Source of the DNA: Setoptus koraiensis
Taxonomy: Eukaryota > Animalia > Arthropoda
Direction: 5' to 3'
Assembly (NCBI GenBank): GCA_048013815.1
Contig: CM106586.1
Location: forward strand, 2,294,132 to 2,358,000
Length of the DNA stretch: 63,869 nucleotides
Both the position numbers and the translations under genes were made by a program. Below are positions 10,415 through 24,798 of the stretch, in pieces. How positions within the stretch are numbered: position 1 is the first letter of the stretch; each line of letters starts with the position of its first letter. The notes under the pieces are model-generated. The model ran no database searches, was not told the DNA's origin, and was given only the letters and a program-made list of their open reading frames with translations.

Positions 10415-13400
10415 CAAGAGAAGAAGCAAAGAACAACGACTGGGCTGTAGACTGCAGGCTGCTCACTGGCAGGCAAACAGGCTGGCAAACAACAAGGGTA
10501 TTAGTTGTCGGCAATGGAGAAGTGCTGCACAAATATATTAGATAGTAGTGAATAGTGTGTACGAGAGTGTCTAAAGTTGCGAATAGAATGAGAGGGGAAG
10601 AGAAGAAAAAGAAGCAGCAACTCTGTGGAAAGTAGCACCACCATCACGACGACACAAGCGAACGCGTTGATCTGGTGCTGCCGCTGACTGAATCTATCAC
10701 CACAAAGAAACAAACTAAACAAGCAAACAGCTTCACTTTTATTCATCATATTCATACATGTGAGAATCGTATACGTACAGATGGATATTTAGATATATAG
10801 TCGCACTTGCACACACCATTGCCATTATACTTGTTCCTGTTCCATCACACACACACAAATTACACACATTTCACATTCGTCTTACCACCACGTCACATTC
10901 GAACCAACAACAACAACAACAACAACAACAACATCAAATCATATAGCACGCCGGAAATATTGATAAAGTCAAATTGTAAATTAACACAACAACAATCAAT
11001 AATTAACAATCACTCTATTGCATGGTCGTAAATCACCAGAGATATACTCATTGGAGCAAATATTAAGTAAGGTAAGTTGAGCGCCAGATTGTGTCATCTT
11101 TAATAAAACTACCTCGAGTAGTTTTATAGTTATAACACCGTCACAGCATTCGGATAGTTTAAACAATCGCTAATTCGCAATGCAAATGCAATTGCACACG
11201 AAGCGACACTAGTGACCATAAAACACGCAATGTCTATCGCATTGAACGTAACTAATTGTTGTGAAACAAGTAAAAGTGATAGAGCAAAGCTCAAGATTAA
11301 TTAGCTTTTAAATTGCTTTTGTACGGTACCTCTGATCAATTAAATTCAATTTGAATAGATCTAAACATTTTCAGATCAAACTGATAAAAGATGATGGTTG
11401 GTATTGATTAATCATTGTCTAGTCACACGAGCATCATATTTATCTCACTATTATATTTACTATATTTATGGACTGTCCATAAATTGGTGCAACTGTCCCG
11501 TTCATGGCTTTTGTATGATGAATCTGTTGTGACTCACAACTTGTGAGTGAAACATGAAACAAATTGTGAATATCGGACAAATGGAGTGAAAAGCAAACAC
11601 CTTATTGCATGTGCCTCTCTCTTGTCAGTCACCTTTGGTGCAATGTGACTCTCTGGTGCAACACCTGAGCTAAACTTGCCTAGCTCACAAGTTGTCAGGT
11701 CTCATAGGCCACACCCATGCAATGCCATGATAATTGATAGCGAGAAGAGAGCGTGCTCCCGATTCTGTGCCCATAATTTATGTTCAATCTGTGGCAAAAT
11801 GGGCCAAAATGGTAACAGTTATAACAGGCATTATAGAGGGTGATGCGTTCAATTTAAAAGCGATTGCTGTGCCTGGCAGCACAGTGCCAGTAGTGGTGTC
11901 ATTTGTGATGGTGTGCCTGTGCCCAAGTTGATCAACATTATTGTGGTTGGCAGTATAGCGAGCATAGTTATATAGAGCACACCAAGCAACAATACAATGG
12001 ACACAAGGAGACAGCGTGGACCAGCAAGCAAGACGATGGTCAGTTGTTTGTCTCTTGTTTGGCGTGGCGTGTTTGTGTGAGCGTGCTTATTTTGTTATTT
12101 TTGCGCTTGTTTCACCATCGGCGACTCGATGAAGCGAGCCGACATCAATCGGAATGGAGCAGCAATCGGCCAATTGGTGTAACAATAATCAAGAGACCAG
12201 AGACCAGAGACTGTGTGTGTGTTGAGATGCAAGTTGAAATTATTTGGCACAAGTTGAGCAGTGTCTCAATGTTGTGCGTATGTGACTAATCGAATGCTAA
12301 TCGTCACTAATACTCGTCAGTGGTTCTTTTATATTGGCTACCTCTGCACTGTTTAATCTCACTAATTTCAAACTCGCTGCAATCATGCCACTGACCAAAC
12401 CAGCCAGCCAGCCGACCAAACTCAACTCACATGGACACAACTAGACACAACTGACCCAACTGACTAAACACACTCAACTGTGCGAATAAAACTCAACGCC
12501 AGCGAACAGACTGCATTTATAGAGAACAAACAAACAAGAATGTTGTTGTCGTTGTTGAATTCTACAAGTTGTTACCATCATCTTCTCAATGCAAACGTCC
12601 TGTCCACAATATCTCATTTGTGTCTGCCTGTGCCTGTGCCTGTGTCTTTATCTTTCGCTTCATCTTGCAAAATAACCAAAATAAACTTACACTTATACAG
12701 TATGCATTTATGCCTCTCCACTTTTAATGGCAAACAACCAACTAAATCAATGTTCGATATGCGCAGATTCTTCTTCAATGCGCAACACACAATTTCTGGC
12801 TTCTCTTTCTCTTTTTGTTCTTTGCTTCTTTGCCTCTTGTTGTTCCATAAGTTCTCTTCGAGATTCCTTATTCGTCGTCTTATTCGTCGTCTTATTCTCT
12901 CAAATATTCTCTGTCTTGTTCTCTGTGTAGCCACTCACGAAACCAAATAAAATTGCAACGTCCTCGCCAACAAACCGCCGCTAACACTGCTGTAATGGCT
13001 ACGCACCAGAGACAGACACACACAGCGATACAAACACCAGACAAAGACGCACACATTTGTGCCTCTGTTAAATTGAATCGAAACTCTCTCCCACTGACAG
13101 TCGAATCGAGCAACGATGAACTCAAGTTGAGATTCAAAAAACAAAATCATTTCACTCTAATAACATTGCATTGCATTAACATTCTAATCTGGTTGCCATT
13201 TTTCTGTCATGAAGCTCACTCTATTAGGTTACTGACTGTGAGTTGTTGGTGCGCATACATCAACAAAACATATGATGCAGCGCTAACAAATTGTAAGAAT
13301 ATTGCTCACCAATGGGTGACAGCACCATTCTTATTACGCCTTCTCTCCGATCCTTCGATGCGCTACATGGGCCATGTGGAAATGGCCCAAGTGCCCCATT

Positions 13401-16016
13401 CACTGTACACACTGTATAATACATATAATTCGCATCACCCAGCCAAGACACGCTTTTGGCTTAGAAGAAATTTCAAAAAATTTGTCTCGCTAGATAGTTG
13501 AAGCTTAGCCTTAACTGGCCATAGCTCACAAGTATTGTCAGCATAAATTCACAAGTATAATCAGTACTTATCGACATCTATCCAATTGCAAGGCAACAAC
13601 TTATCAACTCGCTTTGTGACGGTGCGTTTGTCTTCACCTTACGTTCTCCATCTGCTCAGTATATGTTCATACGCGATCACTGCTTCTATCCGATAAAATC
13701 TATCGTATCGACTAGTTTATTTATCCATACCAATTCCCCATGGGGCCATGAGAGACGTTCAAAGCGCCACCTTGGCCATATTCATACAACTACGCTTGAA
13801 TGTATTTGCAATCGAGCACATCTTGCTAGCTGATAGGGTCCATTAACAAGGAATAGCTTCGTTAGAGACTCGTTAAAGTTGTTTAGACAATGGCCAACTC
13901 TATTGCCGTTTTATATTTCGTTTTCCACACTTGTGCCAATATATGCTTACTACTTATTCATTCACGTCATCCCACAGTGACATTACCACTGGCTACTTGT
14001 GCAACATTTGTGCATTGCGTCTAAAACTGCGTATACAGCATCGCTCTTACAAAGTGTTATGCGCATTCTTTATGCAAAATAACAGATATTTCCGAAGTAG
14101 CATTCAACTGACAAGCCTGCCTAAACCGGCTTCTTTATAACCTGTCAGATCACATATTAACTCAGTCAATTTGACTGTTGGCTAGCCAGGCAGTAAGTTG
14201 CTTTCCTTGTAAGCTAAATATTTCGCATTGTATATGTTGTTTATTGTTGCAGTTTGTAACTAAAACGAACGTCACACATCGAATTATGATCAAGTTGGGT
14301 ATCACAACACTAGCATCAGATTATGACAACAATAAAAGCATATTGCAACTTGCTCACTTGCAAGCTCATGGTATGCGTTATGTGGCATGCTGTTGCGTAG
14401 ATTTGTTTGTATGTTTACAGAAACAGAGACAGAGAGAGAGAAATAATATACTCATTTTACATGGTAACAAGTTGATTAGCATTGTTATTAGCAGTGATTG
14501 ATCATTAGCATTGGTCACAACTAGAATCTAAAGTCAAAAGTCAATGATCGAATGTCGAAAGTCAAAGTTCTCATATAGTAACCAGACAGATACTATGCAT
14601 GGATGATATTGGTTTGGTACAATTTAAATCGATTCCAACTGTTATTATTATTGAATCAGAATTATTGGGATTATCCTTACGGCGCAGGACTTTTCATCAA
14701 TTGGATTGTTGTAACTGTTGTTGAGCAACTCTAATTAGCAGATCTATAATGGAACGATCAATTTGCTGCTACAACGCAAATCACTTTATATCATACTACA
14801 TCAAATCTTTACATCATCAGACGATCAATTCGGCCAGCTATAAAAGGCTGCACAAACTGCTGCATGTCCACAGCGCACTGTTTAATCGCGTGTTCATCCT
14901 CTATGAACCGTGAACGTATATTTTGTGAGGCACGTTGTGCAATAAACTGGTGCAGCCAGATAATGGCAATAGTTGAATTGGTACCATCTGTGCTCGCTTG
15001 ACCCCCATTGTGCCTCAGAGAATATATATTGTGGAAGATTGTTTAAAACTCGTTAGCATACACAGTAGTGAATTGATTGAAACAGAGAATTATAATGAAA
15101 ACTCGCCACTTGAATCACTAGAACACATGGATAATAATATTACCGTTGTTATTGTTCTTTGGTTTTAAACTTTAACGCGAGGGAGGTAATTTGTGCCAAC
15201 ACAGTTCAAATTGGCACTAATCGATGCGCGATGCATTGATTGGGTATGTAAAGGAAGCACGTTCAAGAGTTAAGTGTTTTATGCAGATTTGTGTAAGGAA
15301 TTGAGATGTGCGCAAGTTAAATTGAAAAGTATAGAGAAATGTTGTCCAGTATGCGAGCATAATGTGAGTCGGTGCAATTCACAAAATCAAGGCTCCACAC
15401 CAATAGAGAGTGATAGATTCAGAGTAAGCGAGACAGATGGACAAGGCAAAGGGAGAGGAAGAGGGAGAGGGAGAAAATTACATAACGGTATTGACTGGCA
15501 TTCGTGAGTGTATTTGCTATCATTTGCACGCTTGTTTGTTTGGTGGTGCCATGGTAGTGATGATAGTAGTGGCAGTTGTTTTGGTGGCTGCTCAGTTGAT
15601 AGATGAAATGGATTGGCTACATTAACAACATCACTACAACTATCACTTCAGACAAAATTGAACCGAACCGAACCCAGTCGAATAGTGGAGCCAAGCTGAG
15701 CCAAACTCAAGCGAACAGCAGAATACAAGTTTTCACTTATCCTCGAAGCTCATAGACTAGACTAACCTAGACCATTTTAGAATATCTAATCTAAAATATC
15801 ATGGAAACTGGCCAGTCATACACAGCACTATATGTTAGTAGTATATGTTAGTAGTATATGTTAGCATTGTATATGTTGATATTGGAGTGGAATCAGAGAG
15901 CTGCAGTTGGGGGAGCCAACAACTTAGTCACCATATATATAAATAAACGCGAAATGTACAAAACGAAGGGTCGCACACACAAATTGCACACCGTTGTGTA
16001 CATTCACAGCCACTGC

Positions 16017-16018
<2 letters not shown>

Positions 16019-16070
<52 letters not shown>

Positions 16071-16075
16071 GCGTG
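16019..16075. repeat. (GT)n microsatellite
   Basis: Direct reading. Confidence 0.95.
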
Positions 16076-17529
16076 ATTGACCGAGCAACTCGAAAAGAGA
16101 AAAGCTATATAGCTAGATAGCGAGCCAGGCAACTGAGCAGCAGATGATGATATAACATGATGCTTCACACACTCACAGTCAGTTGATAGTGGGTCTCCTT
16201 TATGTGTGTGTTTGTGTAAGTTTACGCTTACGTTTTTCGTAAGACGACCCATGGTCGCAAACACCGACATCAACAACATTCAGCCACAACAACCAGCAAC
16301 AACCTACAACAACAGCAACAACCAACAGCCACCAACCGGCAACAACCGGCAACGTCCAAAACATATCGAACCAATAGCCAGCAACATGACTGACACAATA
16401 GCGCCAATACACAGCCTGCGCAAAGTATAAACGGTGCGCTTAGGGTGCATGATGGGTGCAGAGGGTGTTGTTTAACTGGGGCCCCGTGTTACCACTGCGG
16501 CTATCAGAGAGGGCGCTGTTACGTGGCAGAGTGTTTATGTGCGTTTGTGTACAAATACACGGAGCAAGCGAGAGAGAGAAAGAGAGAGAGACAAACAAAA
16601 GGTTATGCAGAGAAGGCAAGGGAGGAGAGTGGCAATATTCGTGAGAAATATATCGAACGTTTTTTCGTTCTCTCTGGTAGCACAACTAGTTCCACTTCGC
16701 CTTTTCTCTCTCTCTCTAATTCTAATTCCAATTGCGCAATTCTAGTTTGGCACTGCTAGCCTTTGCTGCAAGTCGCGATGTTTGTAGTAGGCAATTGTCA
16801 GTTTTCCATTTCTTTTCGTCGTTTGTCTTGCTGTGTGTGTGCTCTGGCTTGATATTGTTCTCTTGCGTTGCTTATCAGGCAACCAAGTAAAGCATCACTA
16901 TACTATTAGGACAACAAGTACCATACTATCACTACTATGGACCAGCCAAGAACGTACATGGTGAAGAAGCATTAGAGATTAGGTAGTGGCAATAGTTCAA
17001 GTTAACTTTGAGTTGCCTTTTCCACTACAAATGTCTCAACGCATTACATCTCTCTCTCTAACAGTGACGCTTCTTCTCATATCGTTCTTGCTATGACTCG
17101 TAGGCTACGAGCCATAGCAAGCTGGCTGCTTATATAACAATAGTTATAACGATAGTCAAACGATAGCTATAACGATGGCTATAGCATGAGTGAGCCAGCC
17201 AGCGAACTAGCAACCACTGGCTGGCCCATCATTGCTAGTGATATAATATATGATGATATCACGCTTCTAACGCTAGTAGCTGGTGATGCTTTTCGCTTGC
17301 TCCACAATGCATGCTGATGCTCTAGAAAATTCGCTAGAGTCGTCAGAGTTTTCACAAACACAAGCAAAGTTCACATGCACAATCGTTGCACAGAGAGCGA
17401 GCGACGCGCAAGTCGCTATAGTCACTTCAGTTATTTTTGTTATGCTTGTTGTTGCGTTTGCACGTTAAGCCAGCTACAGCAACGTTAATGTAAGAATATA
17501 TAGAACCAAACACAAACACTCACTTACAA

Positions 17530-17532
<3 letters not shown>

Positions 17533-17582
<50 letters not shown>

Positions 17583-17584
17583 CA
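17533..17584. repeat. (CA)n microsatellite
   Basis: Direct reading. Confidence 0.95.
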
Positions 17585-18223
17585 AAATTGGAAGAGCAGT
17601 GTCATGGAGTAAGCCCGACAACTGTTTAGATAGTCAATCTGGCGCCCTTTTTTAACGCTAGCACTTTCCATTATCCGATCCTATCGACATGCGTGTTGAC
17701 CAGTGTCTGACAGCAATGCAAAGTTTCACCATAAACTTGCTGTCCAGAAATTAATACAGCAGGTACCAGCAGCTTACAGTGTGCAAATCAATTGTACAAT
17801 TTCGTTTGCTCGCTGTAAATTGTTAGTTGACAATTGTGAGTGTCGCAAATACATGCAAAACTGAGAGAAGGTCAGTTTTTTGATGAGACGAATCAACAAG
17901 GAATAAAATCAATATTTTAATTAGATTTGAATATATGTTATCACAATCATGCAGCCACTTTGGGTTCATTTGCTCGCCAATCGTAGCCTCGTTTTCTACG
18001 TTATAGCGAACAGTTTGTTTTAAGATGGACACACACAAACAAGCAGCGACAATGGATCTGGCGCAAACTGGTCACATTGGTCCAGTGACGAAATGGCCCA
18101 CTGCTGAGCCATTTTATCACTTCTTCTCAAGCCAATCCTGTATGTCGCTTCCATTGAACGCACCATCTGTTTATCCATCTAATGCGATCCCTGCCTCCTG
18201 TCTCTGCCACCAACAATGACCAA

Positions 18224-18224
18224 G

Positions 18225-18289
<65 letters not shown>
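18224..18289. repeat. (GTT)n microsatellite
   Basis: About 22 units. Confidence 0.95.
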
Positions 18290-18488
18290 ACCTTGAGTTA
18301 GGGTGAGCCTAGGTGCACTATAAACTGACAGAGAACGGTATAGTTGAGACGTGTGCATGTGCGTCTAGCGATAGAATAAAATAGAATTCTTGGCGCTGTG
18401 CGTTGTTTCTTGCGTATGTAGACAGCAGTAAATACGTCATCGATTGAGACAGCGACGGTCACAGTTGGAACAGTGTGAGCAGTTGCAC

Positions 18489-18630
18489 CGTTCGCAGCGT
18501 TTGCAACGTTCGCAACGTTCGGATTGCTGGCAACGTTCGAATTGTTGGCGGCGTTGGCAGCGTTCGAGCCGTTCGAGCCGTTCGAACTTGGAAGCGCTCG
18601 AAGCGTTGCGAGTGTTCGATAGGTTCGAAA
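18489..18630. repeat. Degenerate 9-bp minisatellite built on CGTTCG
   Basis: Units such as gcaacgttc, cgttcgagc and cgttcgaac recur with roughly 9-bp spacing. Confidence 0.7.
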
Positions 18631-20373
18631 GCTTGGTCGTTGGCATGGCTGTTGGGAACAGTTTGCTCTTTCGTGCAACATACAAAGGCCGTTAGAAGGC
18701 GAAGACGAAGAAGTGGTCACAATCACTATTGTGCAGCACATACTTGCCACTAGTACTATTAGGCCACTATTAGGCATCTAATCTAATGCTCACAGTGTTC
18801 TAATGTTCATGTGGGTATATTCTGGGTGGAAGCCTCGAGAAGTGAATTGTCTCGTCGTGTTGTCTCCTGTGAGCAAGCCGCTTGTTTTGCTATGGGCACA
18901 CACTCGCTGATTTGTCCACTAACGACTGCTCACACAACAAACCCAGTGCTACGTCTAAAACGCTAAGACCGCTACAAAGCAAATGCAATGAAATTACTAT
19001 ACTGCACTCAAAGTTGCACTGTTGCTACTCTAACTGGCTCTCACTGGCTGCTTGCATGCCAGTGAGCCAAACGTGAGCCAAACAAAAGTGAAGAAGAAAC
19101 AACAAATAATGATTGCGTAATAAATGACCACTATAGCCATGGTCAGCATGAGCATTTACTTCTTTAACGGACTCGTTGCACTTACCAAGCTCGCCACTCT
19201 TGCCACTCTTGCCACTCTTGCCACTCTTGCCAGTCCAACAAGCACAACAACAATCCTACTGGGCCGACTCGCTTTTCTTATTATGTAAATTATTTATGTT
19301 TGGCCTATCTCACTCTCGCGCCTATCTATTCCGTTTAGCCGCTTCTCTACTCTATGCTAGCCACTATAATGTACTATAATGTTGTTGAATTGTACTTTGT
19401 ATGTGCACAAACACTACTACTCTTCCACTCTACTCCAGTCTATTATGCCTCCATATACCCGCTCACTCACTCAGCTAACATAATATCTCGTTATTGCATA
19501 TTATATATTGTATATTATACAAGCATATGAGTGGTGCAACCAGCAAATTGCTCATGTTCGATCGGGAATTGATTTGGCCAGAATTGATGAGATCGAAAAT
19601 GGAAACTAGATTAACAATTGACAAGTGCGCCACTCAACATGATGATACTCACTTTTGCATGCTAAAAAGTGCCATGCACTATGCACTTTCACTCTTAACT
19701 TTCAACCGTTTCAACACAACCAGCCAATACATGCAATTGTTATCCTCACATTATTTAACGCCATCAAATTTCGAATCAATTTTCCATTATACATGTACAC
19801 ACAACTCGTTGTGTTTATTTGTCTATCTACTTCTTATTCTTATTTCATAACTAATGTAGAAATGAATGATGAATACTAAATTAAAATTAAAATTGTCCAT
19901 ACGTGCCTGATATGGCACATTTGAGCCTTGAGTTGCACCCAGTGAAATTTGAGCAGCACTCGATCACAGCAAATATATTAGCTGCAACGTTTTTTCGTCG
20001 CTAGATTGAGAAATCAATCTTTTGCTGCGTCAGGCTCATATTGTCGAGATACGTTTGAAGTGGCTGTCAAACAAACAGTGGTTGTCAGACATAATTCACA
20101 AAGATGCTGGCTCAAATCGAGTCGTCGAACTCATCACGTAATCTATGCGTCTTTTCTTTTATCATGAGCATCACCTTGCCGATGAATTATCCATCGTTAA
20201 ATTTATTCTGACTAACTTTTAACCTACTATTCTTTTCTTTTAACTACAAACAAACTTAAATGATATCCAACAGACTTCAGCAAAAATGAACAATACACAG
20301 GTTGAGGGCTAATTTCTGGAATATTTGTTCGTGACATTTACTGAAGACGAAGTATTTGGCAATTTAGATTGCG

Positions 20374-21138
20374 ATGCAATCTGCTTGTCAACAAAATTTT
20401 CAAGAGAAAAAAGAGACAGTTAGATCGTGCCAAACTGAACAAGTTGATTCTCGAAGTAAGCCGAAGAATACAAGAAACAAAAGGCCTCAGAAAAAACAGC
20501 AACAAGTTCAAATTGACCAATCTGGCACCGATACTGAAACAATCCAGGCATGTTCATTATCGTCATTGGATAAAAGCAAACCAAGTTCACCACCAAAGTC
20601 ATATCGACCAACCAGCAATAATGGTAGCTATAGCAAACAGAAACAGTATATATCTGAGCATAGAAATGGTTCTGAAGAAAAGCGCCGCCGAGGGAATGAT
20701 GTTACTATCAATTCCAATAATAATAATAATAAGAAAACAAAAACAAGTCAACCTGTAATGATTGACCTGCCTAATTATTGTGAGCCAAATCCAAAGAAAT
20801 TAACAATGGAGCAACGTCGGCAGACAACAAAACCAACTGAATTGTCACATCAATATCAATTGACCAGTGGTAATTGTGGCACAAATAATAACAACAATAT
20901 GGATCGATCATCTTCAATAAATCACCACTATGGGCCTGTGACTAATTACAACAACAATTTCGATAGACCAAATCAAGTAAGTAACAACATGACATTTGTG
21001 CAGTATTTTTATGACGCAACCGATAGTATTAGTCAAATGTCAGTGAAGAGTGGATATTTAGTTAGATTGGTGGCCGTTGATAATAGATGGCACTGTAAGC
21101 GTGTCTATGATAGCCGCTCTTATAAGGATTTGTTATGA
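20374..21138 (+). CDS. Orphan 254-aa protein: disordered S/Q/N/K-rich body with a degenerate SH3-like C-terminus
   Basis: Longest non-repeat ORF in ~19 kb of otherwise stop-rich DNA, with an ATG start. C-terminal FYDA..QMSVKSGYLVRLV..DNRW resembles an SH3 core. Confidence 0.55.
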   Translation: MQSACQQNFQEKKETVRSCQTEQVDSRSKPKNTRNKRPQKKQQQVQIDQSGTDTETIQACSLSSLDKSKPSSPPKSYRPTSNNGSYSKQKQYISEHRNGSEEKRRRGNDVTINSNNNNNKKTKTSQPVMIDLPNYCEPNPKKLTMEQRRQTTKPTELSHQYQLTSGNCGTNNNNNMDRSSSINHHYGPVTNYNNNFDRPNQVSNNMTFVQYFYDATDSISQMSVKSGYLVRLVAVDNRWHCKRVYDSRSYKDLL

Positions 21139-24100
21139 TGTCTTTCTCGAGCATCATCTCATTTCATTTCATCTTTTCACTCTATTCATGACTCCCGACT
21201 ATACGAAGCCAACAAAAACTGACGAGCTCTGTGTGAGCAGTTGACCGTTATAGTTAGGCTACATGAGCGAGTGAGTGAGTGAGCGAGAAAGAGAGAAGAA
21301 GAATTGAGCCAGCAACAGAAGTAGTAGTAGTAGTAGTAGTTGCTGTTGTTGTTGTTGTTGTTGTTGCATCGAGTGAGGTTATTGTATCGTTGTTGCGGTT
21401 TTTGCAAATGACAAGATGGAGAAGAAGCCAGTTTGACGAGCCAGCACAGCAACACATCAACAACAACAACAGCAGCAACAACAACAGCAACAACAACAGC
21501 AACTACAACAACAACATGGACAGTGTGCTCTGTATCAATAATTTAAGTTTAAGTTTACAATTCTATATATAGTCTAGCCGGCCGGACAACTTGTTGGATG
21601 TTAGCTGTTGATCATTAGTTGTTAGTTGTTTGTTGCAAAGGAGTTAGAATTTAGCAGAGCTAAGAATTAAGAGCCGAGATTCAAAAAGGTTGGCTGTGTC
21701 TTGGCGGTAGTGGCTTCATCAGTCGATGTGTTACTGAGTATATTCCATTTGAATGCTGCTGCTGTTCATGCAACCTGAATGACCACTAATGTTGCACCGA
21801 CCCAACGAAAAAAGATGGACGGTCAAACAATAACCTGCTAGCCAGTACTAGTCAGTACTAGCCATTACTGGCTATTACCACTCACTAGATAGTGCAAAGT
21901 GACTCAGCTATATACCTGTTATTTTACAACAACACCATCTAACCAAAATCTAAATCAAAAGACTACTTCACTTGTATGATGCCAGCTATAACAGTTTATA
22001 CAGGTAGTGATGCTGAGAGACTTGCCTGATATCTTTTAAGGCAGACTCTACGTTGTGTGTCTCAATATATATATTATTATTATTATTATTATTACATGAT
22101 GTACTCCAAATACTACACGATAAATTGACACCTCACACAAACACACTGTTGGAATGTGAACTGTACCCAGTAAAACAGGCCGATCGGTTCTTTTGCCACT
22201 CCCAACGGGCTTACAGGCAAAGCCGCACATGCCTTTCCAGCAATACGCCAGTAAGAGTGCTACTGTCAGAGTCAACTGTCAAAAAATTTTAGATAAAAAC
22301 CAAATATGTGAATATATTATGTCACATTGGAGTCATAATAAGATTATTCGCAAATAGATTATTTTCGAAAAGCAATCATAACGTTGACGCGTTGCAAGAT
22401 TGCATTTGTTGACGGATATATTATTAATTGTCTGCTAGATATTTGTGCGTCTCCGGTGCGTCGCTTGCAGTGTGCAAACTATCCTTCTATATATATAAAA
22501 ATATTAATGGGTCTAGACAGCTTGTTAAGTTGAGGCGAACGAATAAAACGATTAATGTTGCTGCTCTGTGAGATATTTTTTCACCCTTTTCTATATAACT
22601 TTTACACTGACCAGCTATTGTCCAGTAACAACTCAACTATGACCGGTCACTTGACTCAACTGGTGGCTGAACCCTTGAGCTGGACTCAATTATTGGAATA
22701 GTTGACTCAAGTTTGGGTGATAGTTTATGTGTGCTGTTCTGAAGGGTTAGAGTATTTTCAGTTGATCTTGTAACATACAGGTTGTATGAGTAAATCTCAT
22801 TAGTTAGAATGCAACAGAGGCCAACATTAAACGGTGCTTCTCCTGTGCATAGCGGTAGTAATATAGACATATGTACAATTGGAAATACAATAATAATCTA
22901 CTGCTATTATTATATGCAAGTTGCAGTTTGCGTAGTGAGCAATCGAGCTCAATCTTGTTGTTTGTTGTGTCCTTATTGGCCGGTCGTCGTTCGTTGCTAT
23001 TGGCAACAACAACTTACAAACAACAACAATTATACTGTACTATCTAGTGATAGAATAATAATGCTACAAGTGGGAGAGTGCAAACAAACGCCGAGATCAT
23101 TGAGACTATCTAACCTTGTTGCTTCTGTTACACACACACGCACACAAGTCAACCTATAGCCTCTCTCTGCCTCTACCTGTCTCTAGTTGTGATCTAACTA
23201 CTACCAGTAGTACCTCTACTTTGACTTGTCACTGGTTGCAACAACAACTAACAGCAGCACAGGTGAGATACTAGCTGAGACTCGCACAACCATTTACTTT
23301 TATACTTGTACTGCAAGCACATATTTGAGACTCACCATACTTACAATAACAGCTTAACCAAGAGAGATCTAGGCGAAAAATAGTGACTGGCTAGATAAGA
23401 GTTTCTTCTTCTTCTTGCACTTTTTCCAGCGCACACAATACCAGTTGACTTAACAGTGCACATGCTTTAGGTGTTGAGTCCAATTTCTTGCAACTCTGAT
23501 TCTGTTTCTCTGTCTCGATCTCTCAAGTCACAAGCAACAACAACAACAACAGCTGACTTGTGAGAAGCCTTGACCATTAGGGTTGAGTAGTCGGTTGGTA
23601 CGAAAGAGTCGACTTGATTATAAACTAAACTGCCATACTCAAACCGATCACTTCATCTATCGCAATCTGTCATACCTCCAGTTCAAAACAGATTCACTAG
23701 AGGCGCTAGTGACTCAGGAGAAATATGTTAGTCACTTTACATGTCGCTTGTGCACATATCTACAAGTGCCCAGAGTAAATCTAATGCGACGAGCTACGTG
23801 TTTTAGCCAGTTAGTAAGTTGGTTAGTTAGTTAGTTAGTTAACTAACAAAACTAAAAATTGAGCAAGTGCACAAATGATGATGAGTTTGAGCTTAAACAA
23901 TTGGCTGATTTTTCTAGAATGGAACATTCTAATGTTACCAGCTTGTTAACTCTCTCTCTCTCTATACTAACTCTATTCTCGTACGAGGTGTGCATTGACA
24001 CCTGAATAATTACAATCCTAGTTGTTAGCTCGATAAAAGTGGCTCTCTCTTTGATTCCTCACTCTTTACTCTTCACTGTCTATCTGTCTCTTCAACTTGC

Positions 24101-24384
24101 AACAACAACAACAACAACAACAACAACAGTAGGTATAGCAGTTTTATGCCTGGTATTTAATCAGCTGATCAATTTTTATTTGTGTCAGCTTATGCAGGGA
24201 GAGTTGAATCTATGCTATTTAGTATAAACAGTTTATATGTTATATGGTATGGTAAGTTGGGTACAGATAGAAAGATGGAGAGAGAGAGAGAGAGAGAAGA
24301 AGAAGACAAAGCACAAACACATTTTGCATATTCCACTTGAATCTGTTCCATTTTGTAGGCGTTACTCTCGTATTGTTTGAACAG

Positions 24385-24385
24385 C

Positions 24386-24473
<88 letters not shown>

Positions 24474-24526
24474 GCAACAGCAGCAACAACAGCAACAGCA
24501 ACAGCAGCAACAACGACAGCAACAAC
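24385..24526. repeat. (CAA)29 followed by a degenerate CAG/CAA tail
   Basis: Pure CAA from 24385 to 24471. Confidence 0.97.
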
Positions 24527-24713
24527 ATCGGAGTTGCAGCTCGATCAGTGGATAAAAGAGGGGCAAGCTTTTAGTTGTATTGTACAGTTGCCTGATAAAG
24601 CAAGTTGTATGAGCAACTGTAGATGTGCGATCTGTGCGTATGTGTGTGTACATGAAACGAGACGAGACCAAACGCAACAAAACAAAACAAACTCAATGAA
24701 ATCGAATGAAACC

Positions 24714-24798
24714 GAACGAAACGAACGAAACGAACGAAACGAACGAAAAGAACGAAGAGAACGAAACGAACGAAAAGAACGAAGAGAACGAAACGAAC
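24714..24798. repeat. GAAC/GAAAC compound repeat with a duplicated 27-bp higher-order unit
   Basis: gaacgaaac units followed by gaacgaaaagaacgaagagaacgaaac twice. Confidence 0.85.

Noticed and set aside
9979-10545. Stack of ORFs with TNER/RSFV repeats
   Set aside because: Translations of the (GAAC)n array.
13561-15050. Two Met-less open frames of 78-90 codons (13561-13833 on plus; about 14810-15040 on minus)
   Set aside because: No homology recognised and lengths are compatible with chance.
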